Positions 53,413 through 61,880 of a stretch of 64,000 nt of DNA are shown piece after piece. Within the stretch, counting starts at the first letter, position 1; each line of letters starts with the position of its first letter. This DNA comes from an archaeon (GTDB lineage: Archaea > Nanobdellota > Nanobdellia > Pacearchaeales > GW2011-AR1). The notes beneath the pieces were generated by a model that had not been told where the DNA came from, did not search any database, and was given only the letters and a program-made list of their open reading frames with translations. The DNA is taken from positions 9,861 through 73,860 of the forward strand of contig JBDRCQ010000003.1 of assembly GCA_043821585.1 (NCBI GenBank), given 5' to 3'. A program made the translations under genes and the position numbers.

Positions 53413-54203
53413 TCACTTTATAGCCACAACAATCATGTCTTCAGAATCAGGAGAATATTTCGAACCATTCCAATCAGAATAAATCTCAACCTTGCTAAAT
53501 CCTACTTCTTTGCACATCCCTTCAAACTCTTCTTTTGTATAAACCCTGACCGAGTAATCTTTCATCTCGACTTTTCCATTTTTCTCAAGAACCCAAACTC
53601 CATGGTTTCTCTTTGTTTCCGGACTATAAAACTCGATCTGCCTCATGAAGCCGCCACCCCCCAAACTCCTCTTCTCATATTCTCTAAACTTTCCAGCGAA
53701 AACTCTTGGCATATTCACATCAGTGTGCATTAGGAATTTGCCCCCTTTCCTCAATGAGTTATAAAAATTCTTTAATACCTTAAGATTTTCAGAGTCTTTC
53801 TCAAAGAAGCCAAAGGAATACCACATATTTATCGCGCAATCAAATTTGCAATCATAGTCTAAGTCAAGCATATTTGCTTTTTTGAACGAGACTTCAACCT
53901 TCTGCTTTTCCGCATCCTTTCTAGCAACATTTAATTCATGAGTATTCAAATCAACCCCTTCAACCTCAAACCCATTTTAGAAAGCCCAATACTGTGTCTT
54001 CCGTAACCACATGGACAATCCAGTATTTTATCCCTCTTCTTTAACCCGCAAACTTTAATCACCCCATTAACTTCTTCCTCAGTTCTTTCCTTCAGGTTCA
54101 TCTTTCTGCCTTCATGATATCCTTCATTAGAATTATCGCAAGTCATGTAAAACTTACCAAAAAACCCATAATTTTCAGACCACCATTCTTTTTTCATTTT
54201 CAA
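53413..54203 (-). pseudogene. Class I SAM-dependent methyltransferase split by a single -1 frame break (pseudogene, sequencing error, or programmed -1 frameshift)
   Basis: The upstream ORF (54203-53946) ends ...ILDCPCGYGRHSIGLSKMGLRLKGLI*. The downstream frame reads NGFEVEGVDLNTHELNVARK... Together they restore motif I plus the acidic loop (LDCPCGYG ... GFEVEGVD). The two frames overlap only within 53949-53976. Confidence 0.7.
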
Positions 54204-54625
54204 AACTCCCGATACCTCGCGTTCCCCACATGCCCCGGAACATCCATCAACAAAGACTTATTAGAACCGAAATGCGCCCTAATAACCTTAAACTTTTTTT
54301 TCTCCAGCTTAGAAGCAATCATCTTCAACGTCTTCAAACCCAAACTTGAACCTGCAATATTGTTAGACAGATGAGCAAAAGGACAAACAACAACACTTTT
54401 CCTGCCAAGCTCTTCACACATTTTCTCTATTTCTCCCACCATTCCCGAAGAAGTTTTCTCAGCATCATCTCCTTTCTCAACAGTTACATACGCAACAACA
54501 CAATCTTTGCATTCCTGTTTCTCCATTCCATCAACCGGCTCAGGCCTTATACTTCCAAGCCTATTTGCATAACTATCAAATTCCACAGCCCATTTCCTGC
54601 AATGAAACAACAGCGCCCTCATCAT
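54200..54625 (-). CDS. Free-standing archaeal-type threonyl-tRNA synthetase editing domain (tRNA-Thr_ED / DTD-like fold)
   Basis: 141 aa. It is collinear by eye with the Pyrococcus ThrRS N-terminal editing domain: LLFHC vs LLIHS, VAYVTVEKGD vs VAFISVEKVD, VVCPFAHLSN vs FVYPFAHLSS, and AHFGSNKSLLMDVPGH vs APFGYYKAFKISCKGH. Confidence 0.75.
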   Translation of the reverse strand: MMRALLFHCRKWAVEFDSYANRLGSIRPEPVDGMEKQECKDCVVAYVTVEKGDDAEKTSSGMVGEIEKMCEELGRKSVVVCPFAHLSNNIAGSSLGLKTLKMIASKLEKKKFKVIRAHFGSNKSLLMDVPGHVGNARYREF

Positions 54626-54670
54626 TTCTAAAAGAACAGCCCATTTTTATTTTTTACTATAGCAGAAATA

Positions 54671-54678
54671 TTTTTATA
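54671..54678 (+). promoter_or_regulatory. Candidate TATA box for the secreted-protein gene at 54700
   Basis: TTTTTATA is centred about 25 nt upstream of the ATG. Confidence 0.3.
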
Positions 54679-54699
54679 CGCTGTTAACAACCTTAATGA

Positions 54700-55866
54700 A
54701 TGAAAAAGAGGCTGTTGATAGCATTAATTTTAATGTGCTCGGCATTTAGTGCTAATGCAGCAGTTGTTTCCCATAATGCAAATCAGGTATTCTTTGACGA
54801 TGGAGACAGCCTTAAAACGAAGTTTGATTCAATTAGTTCTGGACAATGGAGTGAGGGCACTATAACTGCCGGAGACATTTATTACATAGGTGGAGACGTA
54901 GGAATTGGAACAACATCCCCCAACGCAAAACTTGAAGTCGCAACCCCTTCTGCCGGGCCAACAGTGGTCTTGGGTAGATTATCTGACAATCCCTCCATAA
55001 AATCAACTAACTACCTTATGTTAGACTCAACTGGCGCAGAAGCAGGGATAAATTGGTTTTCTGACGATGACGTCATCTTGGCTTACGGCGGGGGCTATGT
55101 TGGAATCGGGGAAGATGGAAGAGGCCCAGAAGCTAAGCTCCACATAAGGGGCGGCGGATCTCAAGTCCTAAGAATTGAATCAAACACCGGTAATCCCACC
55201 GCTCTAGAGTTTGTTAGGTCCGGAGACCAAAGGGACTGGCAGATAATAAACAACGGAGGCGATTTAAGAATCAACAGCAAGACAACTGGAAGTTATGCAG
55301 CAGATCCCAAAATGATTATTGATTCAGCTGGTAGAGTGGGAATAGGCGCGACTAGCGAGCTTACTGAAAGGTTGAACGTCAACGGAGTTATCAAATTGCG
55401 TTCAATAAAAGACTGGGATAGCACTTCTTTCTATCTAGATCCGAACGGAGAATCTGCCTTGCTTAACCTAATAATTAATGGAGGCCTTTGTTTTGGTAGT
55501 ACTGATTGTATTGCTGGTTGGAATGAAATCGGCGGTGGACCGGGTACTTGCAGCGATTGCGACGGCAGATTTGTAAACACTGGAGAATCTGCCTTCCTAA
55601 ACAATCTCGAGGTTACTGAAAACGTCGATGTTGCAGGAACTGTCTTCATGGGTTATGAGATCGTGACTGCCACTGGAACTACCACCGCAGATGCTGTCTG
55701 CCCTTCTGGAAAGAAAGTACTCGGGGGAGGATGTGATGCAGGAAGCGGTTGTCAGATTGAAATAGCCATGCCCTACGCTTCTCCAACCAGTAGTTACTGG
55801 TGCAGAAGCGCTGACTGCGGGGGGAGCTTAAGGGCTTATGCCATCTGCGCAAGAGTCGGAGACTAA
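54700..55866 (+). CDS. Secreted Gly-rich protein with tail-fibre-like repeat motifs and Cys-rich C-terminal domain
   Basis: 388 aa with a Sec-type signal (MKKRLLIALILMCSAFSANA). It has three copies of a G-x-VGIG-x(4-7)-[KR]L-x-[VI] motif: GDVGIGTTSPNAKLEV, GYVGIGEDGRGPEAKLHI and GRVGIGATSELTERLNV. The C-terminus has a CPSGKKVLGGGC ... YAICARV module. Confidence 0.6.
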   Translation: MKKRLLIALILMCSAFSANAAVVSHNANQVFFDDGDSLKTKFDSISSGQWSEGTITAGDIYYIGGDVGIGTTSPNAKLEVATPSAGPTVVLGRLSDNPSIKSTNYLMLDSTGAEAGINWFSDDDVILAYGGGYVGIGEDGRGPEAKLHIRGGGSQVLRIESNTGNPTALEFVRSGDQRDWQIINNGGDLRINSKTTGSYAADPKMIIDSAGRVGIGATSELTERLNVNGVIKLRSIKDWDSTSFYLDPNGESALLNLIINGGLCFGSTDCIAGWNEIGGGPGTCSDCDGRFVNTGESAFLNNLEVTENVDVAGTVFMGYEIVTATGTTTADAVCPSGKKVLGGGCDAGSGCQIEIAMPYASPTSSYWCRSADCGGSLRAYAICARVGD

Positions 55867-56393
55867 GTTTTATTAATCTCCCAAACCCACAACTCTTCCA
55901 TAAAAATCTTCTTCGAAGCAACAACCTTTTTCGCTAGCCTTCTCTCTGTCAAAGTCTTCTCAATTCGATCCAATGGTGTCAAAGAACTAACTAAAAGTAA
56001 AACCTTCCCGCCCGAAGCCAAATGCCTCCCAACACTCTCCAAAAACCTAACAATTATCTCATCCCCCCGAGCCCCTCCAGAAGTAGCCAAAGCACTCTCT
56101 GCGTCCTCCCTTTCATCTTTCGGCAAATACGGAGGGTTAAACACAATCAAATCAAATTCACCATAAACCTCAGATAACAAGTCACTCTTCTTCGTCTCAA
56201 ACTCTTCGCTCTTAAGTTTCTCAAGAGCCTCTTCATCAATATCTACCGCAAGAACCTGCTTCGCCCCAGCCTTCCAAGCCGCCTGAGCAAGGATCCCAGA
56301 ACCCGTCCCAACATCCAAAACCCTCTTCCCACTCGCCAATTTCTCAACTTCCTTCTCAAGCAGAAACGAATCTTCAGCAGGTTGATAAATCAT
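55863..56393 (-). CDS. HemK/Mtq2-like N5-glutamine (release factor) methyltransferase
   Basis: 176 aa with YQPAEDSFLL, VLDVGTGSGIL motif I, AVDID, and the NPPYLP catalytic motif. Confidence 0.65.
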   Translation of the reverse strand: MIYQPAEDSFLLEKEVEKLASGKRVLDVGTGSGILAQAAWKAGAKQVLAVDIDEEALEKLKSEEFETKKSDLLSEVYGEFDLIVFNPPYLPKDEREDAESALATSGGARGDEIIVRFLESVGRHLASGGKVLLLVSSLTPLDRIEKTLTERRLAKKVVASKKIFMEELWVWEINKT

Positions 56394-57097
56394 TTTCTAA
56401 CAAACTTCGTCAAAACCAAAACAAAATACGGAAAGACAAGGCCATAAATAACAACATCTCCCATAAATCCACCGATCTGATTAACCAAGCGATAAACAAT
56501 CCAAAACGAAATTACCAAAAACAATGTAGCCGGATACTCTCTTTTCACAAACTTAAATGATCTTTTGATTGCTTTCCTTACCCTCAACTTTTCAACAACA
56601 AGAAAGACATTTGAAAAGGTAAAGAAAATAATTACCCCCATCAGCCAAATCAAAACAATAAATCTCGGCAAAACCCATAGCACAGTTTCATTAGTCACTT
56701 CAAAAGCAGGTCTGATGCTCAACATAAGTCTTGTGAAAAGATAAATTGACCCGCTCAAAAGAACATTAGACAAAATAACCACAGTCAGAGATATAACCAG
56801 ATTACCTAGCCAAAACTTCTTGGCAACAGAAAAGAATTCTTTCAGCCCGTCTTTCCTCTCAAGTCCAATAAGCCCCGCAGAGACATACGAAACGAGCGCA
56901 AGTACAATCAGACCAGCGACCGCAGTCCAAGCAACATTAGAAAAAGTAGACTCTAATCCTGGAGTAATAGTCTTCCCCAAAATTGAAACAAACGTAATCA
57001 AAAGCCCAAGAACAAGAGAAATCACTATAAAGATCGGCCTCGAAAACAATTCCTTCGCCCCATCCGAATAAATGTCAAAAAATTTACTTGCTTTCAT
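56390..57097 (-). CDS. Integral membrane protein (unknown function)
   Basis: 235 aa and about 6 TM helices. A 4-nt overlap links it to the HemK-like gene. Confidence 0.5.
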   Translation of the reverse strand: MKASKFFDIYSDGAKELFSRPIFIVISLVLGLLITFVSILGKTITPGLESTFSNVAWTAVAGLIVLALVSYVSAGLIGLERKDGLKEFFSVAKKFWLGNLVISLTVVILSNVLLSGSIYLFTRLMLSIRPAFEVTNETVLWVLPRFIVLIWLMGVIIFFTFSNVFLVVEKLRVRKAIKRSFKFVKREYPATLFLVISFWIVYRLVNQIGGFMGDVVIYGLVFPYFVLVLTKFVRK

Positions 57098-57103
57098 ATT
57101 AAC

Positions 57104-57550
57104 TTATTTGAAATATAAAATGTAAAAAAGGTAACCCACAGCCCCAAGAAAGATCAGCGCCGCGACTACTATCATCGTAACAAGCAATGCAGTGTTATTT
57201 CCCTTCTTCTTTTCAGGCGGATTTCCAAGGGGGGCCGCTGGAGCAGCGTTGGGTTGCAGTTGTCCAGGCCGGACTTGTTGTTGAGCCTGATTCTGCATTT
57301 GATTCTGTGCAGGTTGTTGCGCAGGACTTCCAATCGCTTGCCGAGAATTTTGTTGCACTTGTACCCCTTGCCCTTGAGGAAGAGAATGAGCGTTAGATAT
57401 CGTATTGCTCGCGCCAGAAGAAAGTACCTGATAAGCTGCCTTAACCTCTTGAGGATTATAACCAGCATTGATAAAACTCTGCGCCGCCTGCTCCAAATTC
57501 TGGCCCCGAGCCACAGCATTCCTTAAACCTGCGATTATTTCATCTCTCAT
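57104..57550 (-). CDS. Tail-anchored protein with Gln/Pro-rich low-complexity linker
   Basis: 148 aa. A small N-terminal helical domain is followed by a Q/P/A-rich region (QQPAQNQMQNQAQQQVRPGQLQP) and a single C-terminal TM. SD GGAGGAG lies upstream. Confidence 0.5.
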   Translation of the reverse strand: MRDEIIAGLRNAVARGQNLEQAAQSFINAGYNPQEVKAAYQVLSSGASNTISNAHSLPQGQGVQVQQNSRQAIGSPAQQPAQNQMQNQAQQQVRPGQLQPNAAPAAPLGNPPEKKKGNNTALLVTMIVVAALIFLGAVGYLFYILYFK

Positions 57551-57689
57551 TTGTTCTCCTCCAGGAAACGAATGATTGGGAATATTTTATTCACTCTCAT
57601 TTTAAAAAACTACAAGAAAACAAATGAAACTTCATTTAAATAGCTTTTGAGAAAAATAAAAAGAAAAAAATTAAAAAATTAAAACCTTG

Positions 57690-58511
57690 TTAACAAGGAT
57701 ATTCGCTTCTGAACAATTTGCCCCACCGGTCCGCACACACATAACCATTCCCCTCAGTAGTATCTAAACTTCTGAGATCGGAAAACTCAATGTGACCAGG
57801 GTCAAGTCTGATGTAGTTTTGTAACCTAGAGTGCCTAACTGTCAGTACAACCATCGATAATCCACCTTCATGAGATGTGTAAAGTATGTCTTCAACAGTT
57901 ATCCATAAACTGCCAGAACTACCTGGCAAGAAATAGGATTGACCTTCACTCAAGGAATTACTAGCTTCCCCGTTAACAGTTATGACTACTTCATTCGCAC
58001 TGAAAATCATGGCAGAAAATTCATAAACAGTTCCATCAAGTTCGCGGCTAACTGTTTCACCATCCCTTATTTCAAGGTCAAAAAGTCCGCCTTCCCCTAT
58101 CATCAAGTCCTCTCCAGTATCAAACTCCCCACCCACTACAAGGTCATTTTCTACATATAAGTTCCCGCTTGATTCCGCCGGAAAGATTCCTGCAGATTCT
58201 CCGATGTAAGCATTTCCTTGCATATAGGAATGCCCTTCAGAAGTGAATCCCAGTTCAAACCTCGGATCATCCCTAAATACGGAATCTTCCTCGACCAACA
58301 AAGCATTAACTTCACAAACGTCATCTGCACTACATGCCTTAGCATTCAGACAAGTACGACATGTAGTAGAAGGATACGCCTCAGCATAATCCATCCTCAT
58401 AGATGGACCAAGCATCACGCCCCCCAAAGCAAAGTACAGAATCAAGAACACTATAGCCGAAGTTAGCGCAGAAATTCCAACAGTTTTCCAAACTTGTTTA
58501 TTATCTTTCAT
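57690..58511 (-). CDS. N-terminally anchored extracellular protein (unknown function)
   Basis: 273 aa with an N-terminal TM, then a Cys cluster (CRTCLNAKACSADDVCE) and a beta-rich region. A strong SD (GGAGGTG) lies upstream. Confidence 0.5.
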   Translation of the reverse strand: MKDNKQVWKTVGISALTSAIVFLILYFALGGVMLGPSMRMDYAEAYPSTTCRTCLNAKACSADDVCEVNALLVEEDSVFRDDPRFELGFTSEGHSYMQGNAYIGESAGIFPAESSGNLYVENDLVVGGEFDTGEDLMIGEGGLFDLEIRDGETVSRELDGTVYEFSAMIFSANEVVITVNGEASNSLSEGQSYFLPGSSGSLWITVEDILYTSHEGGLSMVVLTVRHSRLQNYIRLDPGHIEFSDLRSLDTTEGNGYVCADRWGKLFRSEYPC

Positions 58512-58615
58512 AACATCACACCTCCTTTCATTAACTTGAACATAAGTTCCACCAGACCAAGAATTACCTTACCTTTCAATAACTGTTAACAAGACTATAA
58601 AAATATTCCTGTAAT

Positions 58616-59953
58616 CTACTTCAAATTCAAAACACCGCCATCCTCAAGCAGATGAACCGTCTTATTCATCTTATAGCCCATACTCACAGCGAGGTCCGCA
58701 CAAAGACTTGTTCTCTCGAGACCAGCATTTGAAGGCAACAAGTGCTGCGACTTCGTCACTTCAATCATGTCCCTAATGTCCTCTCTGCTTCCGTGCCCAG
58801 AGACATGCATATTATCAAAAATTCTAACATTCATTTTCCTTAACCTCGCGATCAACTGGTTCTTACTCAATTCAGTCTCAGGCGTTGGAATGGTCTTAGA
58901 CGAAAATATGATATGGTCATTGTGATCCAACTTCAAAGGCAGTTGGTGCCTCGAAATTCTATCGAGTATTGAACCAGGCTCCCCCTGATGCCCAGTGCAA
59001 ACGACCAAATATCTTCTCTTATTAGCGCTAATTTGCCTAAGCGCCTTCTCAAGTTGTTTCCGATAAGTTACCATTTTTATATCTGCAAAAAAAGGCGCTC
59101 GCCCAACATTATGCGCTGCAGTCATGTATTTATTCAAGCTTCTTCCCAAAAACAGAACCTCTCGCCCCAACTTTTTCCCAATCTCTGTAATCGTCTTAAG
59201 TCGGGCAATCTGCGAAGAAAATGTAGAAACAACTATTCCCGCGTCCCTATTTGGAGTATTCAACAGTACATCCTCCAAAAGAACCTTTGCAATTTTCTCC
59301 GAAGGCGTCTTAATATCTTGATGGGCATACAACGAATCAACCATCATCAACTTAATTCCCTCTTTTGACAACTCCCTTAACCTTTTGTAATTGGCCTTCT
59401 CACCAAATGTAGGTGTATTGTCCATCTTAAACTCATTGGCATAAAGAACAATCCCCTCGGGCGTATGGACTGCTATTGCCGCAGTTTCAATCGTCGAGTG
59501 CGGAACGTTGATGAATTCCACTTTGTAAGTTCCGCTAACGCCCTTAACTATGTAACTTCCATTAACTTTCACAGGAACGATCTTATTTGGAATTGTTTGA
59601 CCATTATCCCTCATCAAAACTTTAACAACCTCCATAGTAAACCTAGTGCCCACCACCGGTGCTTTGTATTTATTGGCAATATAGGGAATCGCGCCGATAT
59701 GATCTAAATGCGCATGCGAAATCAAAATCGCCCGGACCTTCTTTCTCAATCCAAGCCTGTCTAAATAGAGATCGTTAGGCAAGGCGCCAATATTCCTCAT
59801 CCCCTTCTCGGTAGGCACTTTCTCTTTTTCCTGAACCCTCACAATCGCAGGCAAATAAATGCCACAATCGAAAAGCAAAACGTCCTGGCCGATTTCAAGC
59901 GCAGTCATATTCTTGCCCACTTCGCTCCAACCACCAATAGCATGAACTTTCAT
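58616..59953 (-). CDS. rnj: Ribonuclease J (metallo-beta-lactamase / beta-CASP)
   Basis: 445 aa with the ISHAHLDHIGAIP (HxHxDH) motif, beta-CASP length and order, and a C-terminal HVSGHGS motif. Confidence 0.8.
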   Translation of the reverse strand: MKVHAIGGWSEVGKNMTALEIGQDVLLFDCGIYLPAIVRVQEKEKVPTEKGMRNIGALPNDLYLDRLGLRKKVRAILISHAHLDHIGAIPYIANKYKAPVVGTRFTMEVVKVLMRDNGQTIPNKIVPVKVNGSYIVKGVSGTYKVEFINVPHSTIETAAIAVHTPEGIVLYANEFKMDNTPTFGEKANYKRLRELSKEGIKLMMVDSLYAHQDIKTPSEKIAKVLLEDVLLNTPNRDAGIVVSTFSSQIARLKTITEIGKKLGREVLFLGRSLNKYMTAAHNVGRAPFFADIKMVTYRKQLEKALRQISANKRRYLVVCTGHQGEPGSILDRISRHQLPLKLDHNDHIIFSSKTIPTPETELSKNQLIARLRKMNVRIFDNMHVSGHGSREDIRDMIEVTKSQHLLPSNAGLERTSLCADLAVSMGYKMNKTVHLLEDGGVLNLK

Positions 59954-60031
59954 GCACTAGTCAGCAAAACCTGGTTTAAATAACTTTTCAGAAAAAGAAA
60001 TCTTATTAAACAAGAAACTGTTCAAACAGCC

Positions 60032-60691
60032 ATGGAAAAAAGAGGGTTCGAGCTTGGAAACTGTATCTCCTGTTTCTTTCTAATAGTCCTAGTCGCAGTG
60101 ATTCTGTTCTTCTTATTGCATGACAAGATAAGCCTCTCCCCTCCAGACGAAACAGGAACCTATCTGAAATGCATTGACAATGCTTGTACAAGAGTCGAAG
60201 GAACTGGAGTAAACGAATGTAGGTCAGAAGGTTCATTTTGTGGGTGCATAGACACAGATCTCGAAGAAATCCACCCCTCAGGAATGAACTTTTTCTTACA
60301 AGGAACCGCCAGAAACGCAACAGCCTCATATTCAGACAGGTGTTCAGTCTCAGGTAAACTTATAGAATACCTCTGCGATAGCCACGATCAGGTAATCAAC
60401 TTTGAAATCTCCTGCGAATCTCTTGGAGATTACACCTGCGCCTCGGGTGAATGCTTTCCCGACCGCCTGGAGCTAGAGGAATGTAAGGATAGCGACGGCG
60501 GCCTTAACTATCAAACAGAAGGCCAGGCAAGCAACGGAAAAATAAGACTATCGGACTATTGCACAGATGAAGGCATGCTAGCAGAAGTTTACTGCTCTCA
60601 AGCAACAGAAGAAATTCTAATCGAATTATTTGATTGTAATGATTTGGGAAATTCTATTTGCGAATACGGAAAGTGCATTAGCGCAGTATAG
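60032..60691 (+). CDS. Anchored Cys-rich protein with two internal repeat modules
   Basis: 219 aa with an N-terminal TM. Two modules share a common pattern: C-x-D-[ST]-D ... D-[RY]-C ... L-x-E-[YV]-x-C ... C ... C-x-x-G-[EK]-C. They run roughly CIDTDLEE...CASGEC and CKDSDGGL...CEYGKC. Confidence 0.55.
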   Translation: MEKRGFELGNCISCFFLIVLVAVILFFLLHDKISLSPPDETGTYLKCIDNACTRVEGTGVNECRSEGSFCGCIDTDLEEIHPSGMNFFLQGTARNATASYSDRCSVSGKLIEYLCDSHDQVINFEISCESLGDYTCASGECFPDRLELEECKDSDGGLNYQTEGQASNGKIRLSDYCTDEGMLAEVYCSQATEEILIELFDCNDLGNSICEYGKCISAV

Positions 60692-60727
60692 AGCAAATTA
60701 TAAATAGTTAGTTTACGGATCTACATC

Positions 60728-61603
60728 ATGCCCACAGTATCACTTCACGAATCTCATAAAAGCCATCGAAATGCCCTCTATGCTTTAGTGGTATTACTCG
60801 CGATAATCCAAACGGTTTCTTTCATAATCATCAGCATGCAAGTGTCAAAACTCAATGTAAAAATTGACGATGAGATGGAAAGGGCCACAACAGAGATGAG
60901 GCAGTTCACAACCGAAGTGACCGAAACATACAATTCAATTTATCAAGAGAACTTCAACCAAATATCCGACGCAATAATCCGGCAGCAAGAAGGTTTTGAC
61001 GAAGAATTAAAGCTGCTAAAATCTGCGCAAGAAGACTTCTCGGGCATAGTCGAAGATGTTGTTAGAAGTGTCGTAACAATAAGAACAGACAGCTCAATCG
61101 GAACGGGTTTTGTAGTGAACCCAAATGGATACATCGTAACTAACTATCACGTCATAAGGGACAGCGAGGAATCCATACAGGTAGTCACTTATGACAGGGA
61201 AACCCTCCAAGCAACTTTGATAGGCATGGATGAAACCAGAGATATCGCGCTCTTGTGGGTGCCTGGAGATTACAACGCGCTTGAACTTGCAGACAAATCA
61301 GAAATCCAGGTTGGCAAGAAGGTGATCGCAATAGGAAATCCCCTGGGCCTTTCGTTCACAGTAACTGAAGGAATAATTTCCGGAATCGATCGCGTCGGCC
61401 CAAGCGGATTGGCAGAATACGTACAAACCGATGTGTCCTTAAACCCTGGCAACTCTGGAGGGCCCCTAATCGATACGCAAGGAAAGGCAGTTGGAATAAA
61501 CAACTTCAAAATCGGAGGAGCGGAAGCACTCGGTTTCTCCCTAGAAAGTCCAATCATAAAAGAAAGGGTCAACTTCATTGCAAATCAAACCATAATCGCT
61601 TAA
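60728..61603 (+). CDS. Membrane-anchored trypsin-like serine protease (S1C/HtrA-like, no PDZ domain)
   Basis: 291 aa with an N-terminal TM. The catalytic triad contexts are TNYHVI (His), DIALLWV (Asp), and GNSGGPL (Ser). Confidence 0.8.
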   Translation: MPTVSLHESHKSHRNALYALVVLLAIIQTVSFIIISMQVSKLNVKIDDEMERATTEMRQFTTEVTETYNSIYQENFNQISDAIIRQQEGFDEELKLLKSAQEDFSGIVEDVVRSVVTIRTDSSIGTGFVVNPNGYIVTNYHVIRDSEESIQVVTYDRETLQATLIGMDETRDIALLWVPGDYNALELADKSEIQVGKKVIAIGNPLGLSFTVTEGIISGIDRVGPSGLAEYVQTDVSLNPGNSGGPLIDTQGKAVGINNFKIGGAEALGFSLESPIIKERVNFIANQTIIA

Positions 61604-61604
61604 A

Positions 61605-61880
61605 ATGAGACTAAAGATCAAACCTTCTGCAAAAATAAACAGGCGCTACCTTCTAATCGAAGCAAAAAACAAAAAAGAGATTGAAGAAGCAATTCTCGAC
61701 TACATTGGGATACTCGGATGGGCGAAGGCAGCTCCAAAGTTTGTACAATCCAATTCAAAAAACTACATCCTGGCAATAGATAGAAGCGAAACAACAAATA
61801 TCCGTGCAGCATTTGAAGCAGCAGACAAAAACATCAAAACACTAAAAGTTTCAGGCACACTAAAAGGACTAAAAAAATGA
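61605..61880 (+). CDS. RNase P protein component Pop5/Rpp14 (short form)
   Basis: 91 aa. It is collinear by eye with Pyrococcus Pop5: INRRYLLIEA vs DKKRYIAFKV, LGWAKAAPKFV vs LGELGTAKAKPWLI, and IKTLKVSGTLKGLKK vs IKVLGVSGTIKRLKRK. Confidence 0.7.
   Translation: MRLKIKPSAKINRRYLLIEAKNKKEIEEAILDYIGILGWAKAAPKFVQSNSKNYILAIDRSETTNIRAAFEAADKNIKTLKVSGTLKGLKK

Noticed and set aside
57172-57519. An alternative-frame 115-aa ORF, and plus-strand ORFs (57187-57396, 57254-57526), overlapping the Q-rich gene.
   Set aside because: These are by-products of the low-complexity CAA/CAG-rich DNA. The annotated frame alone has an SD, a sensible N-domain and a C-terminal TM helix.
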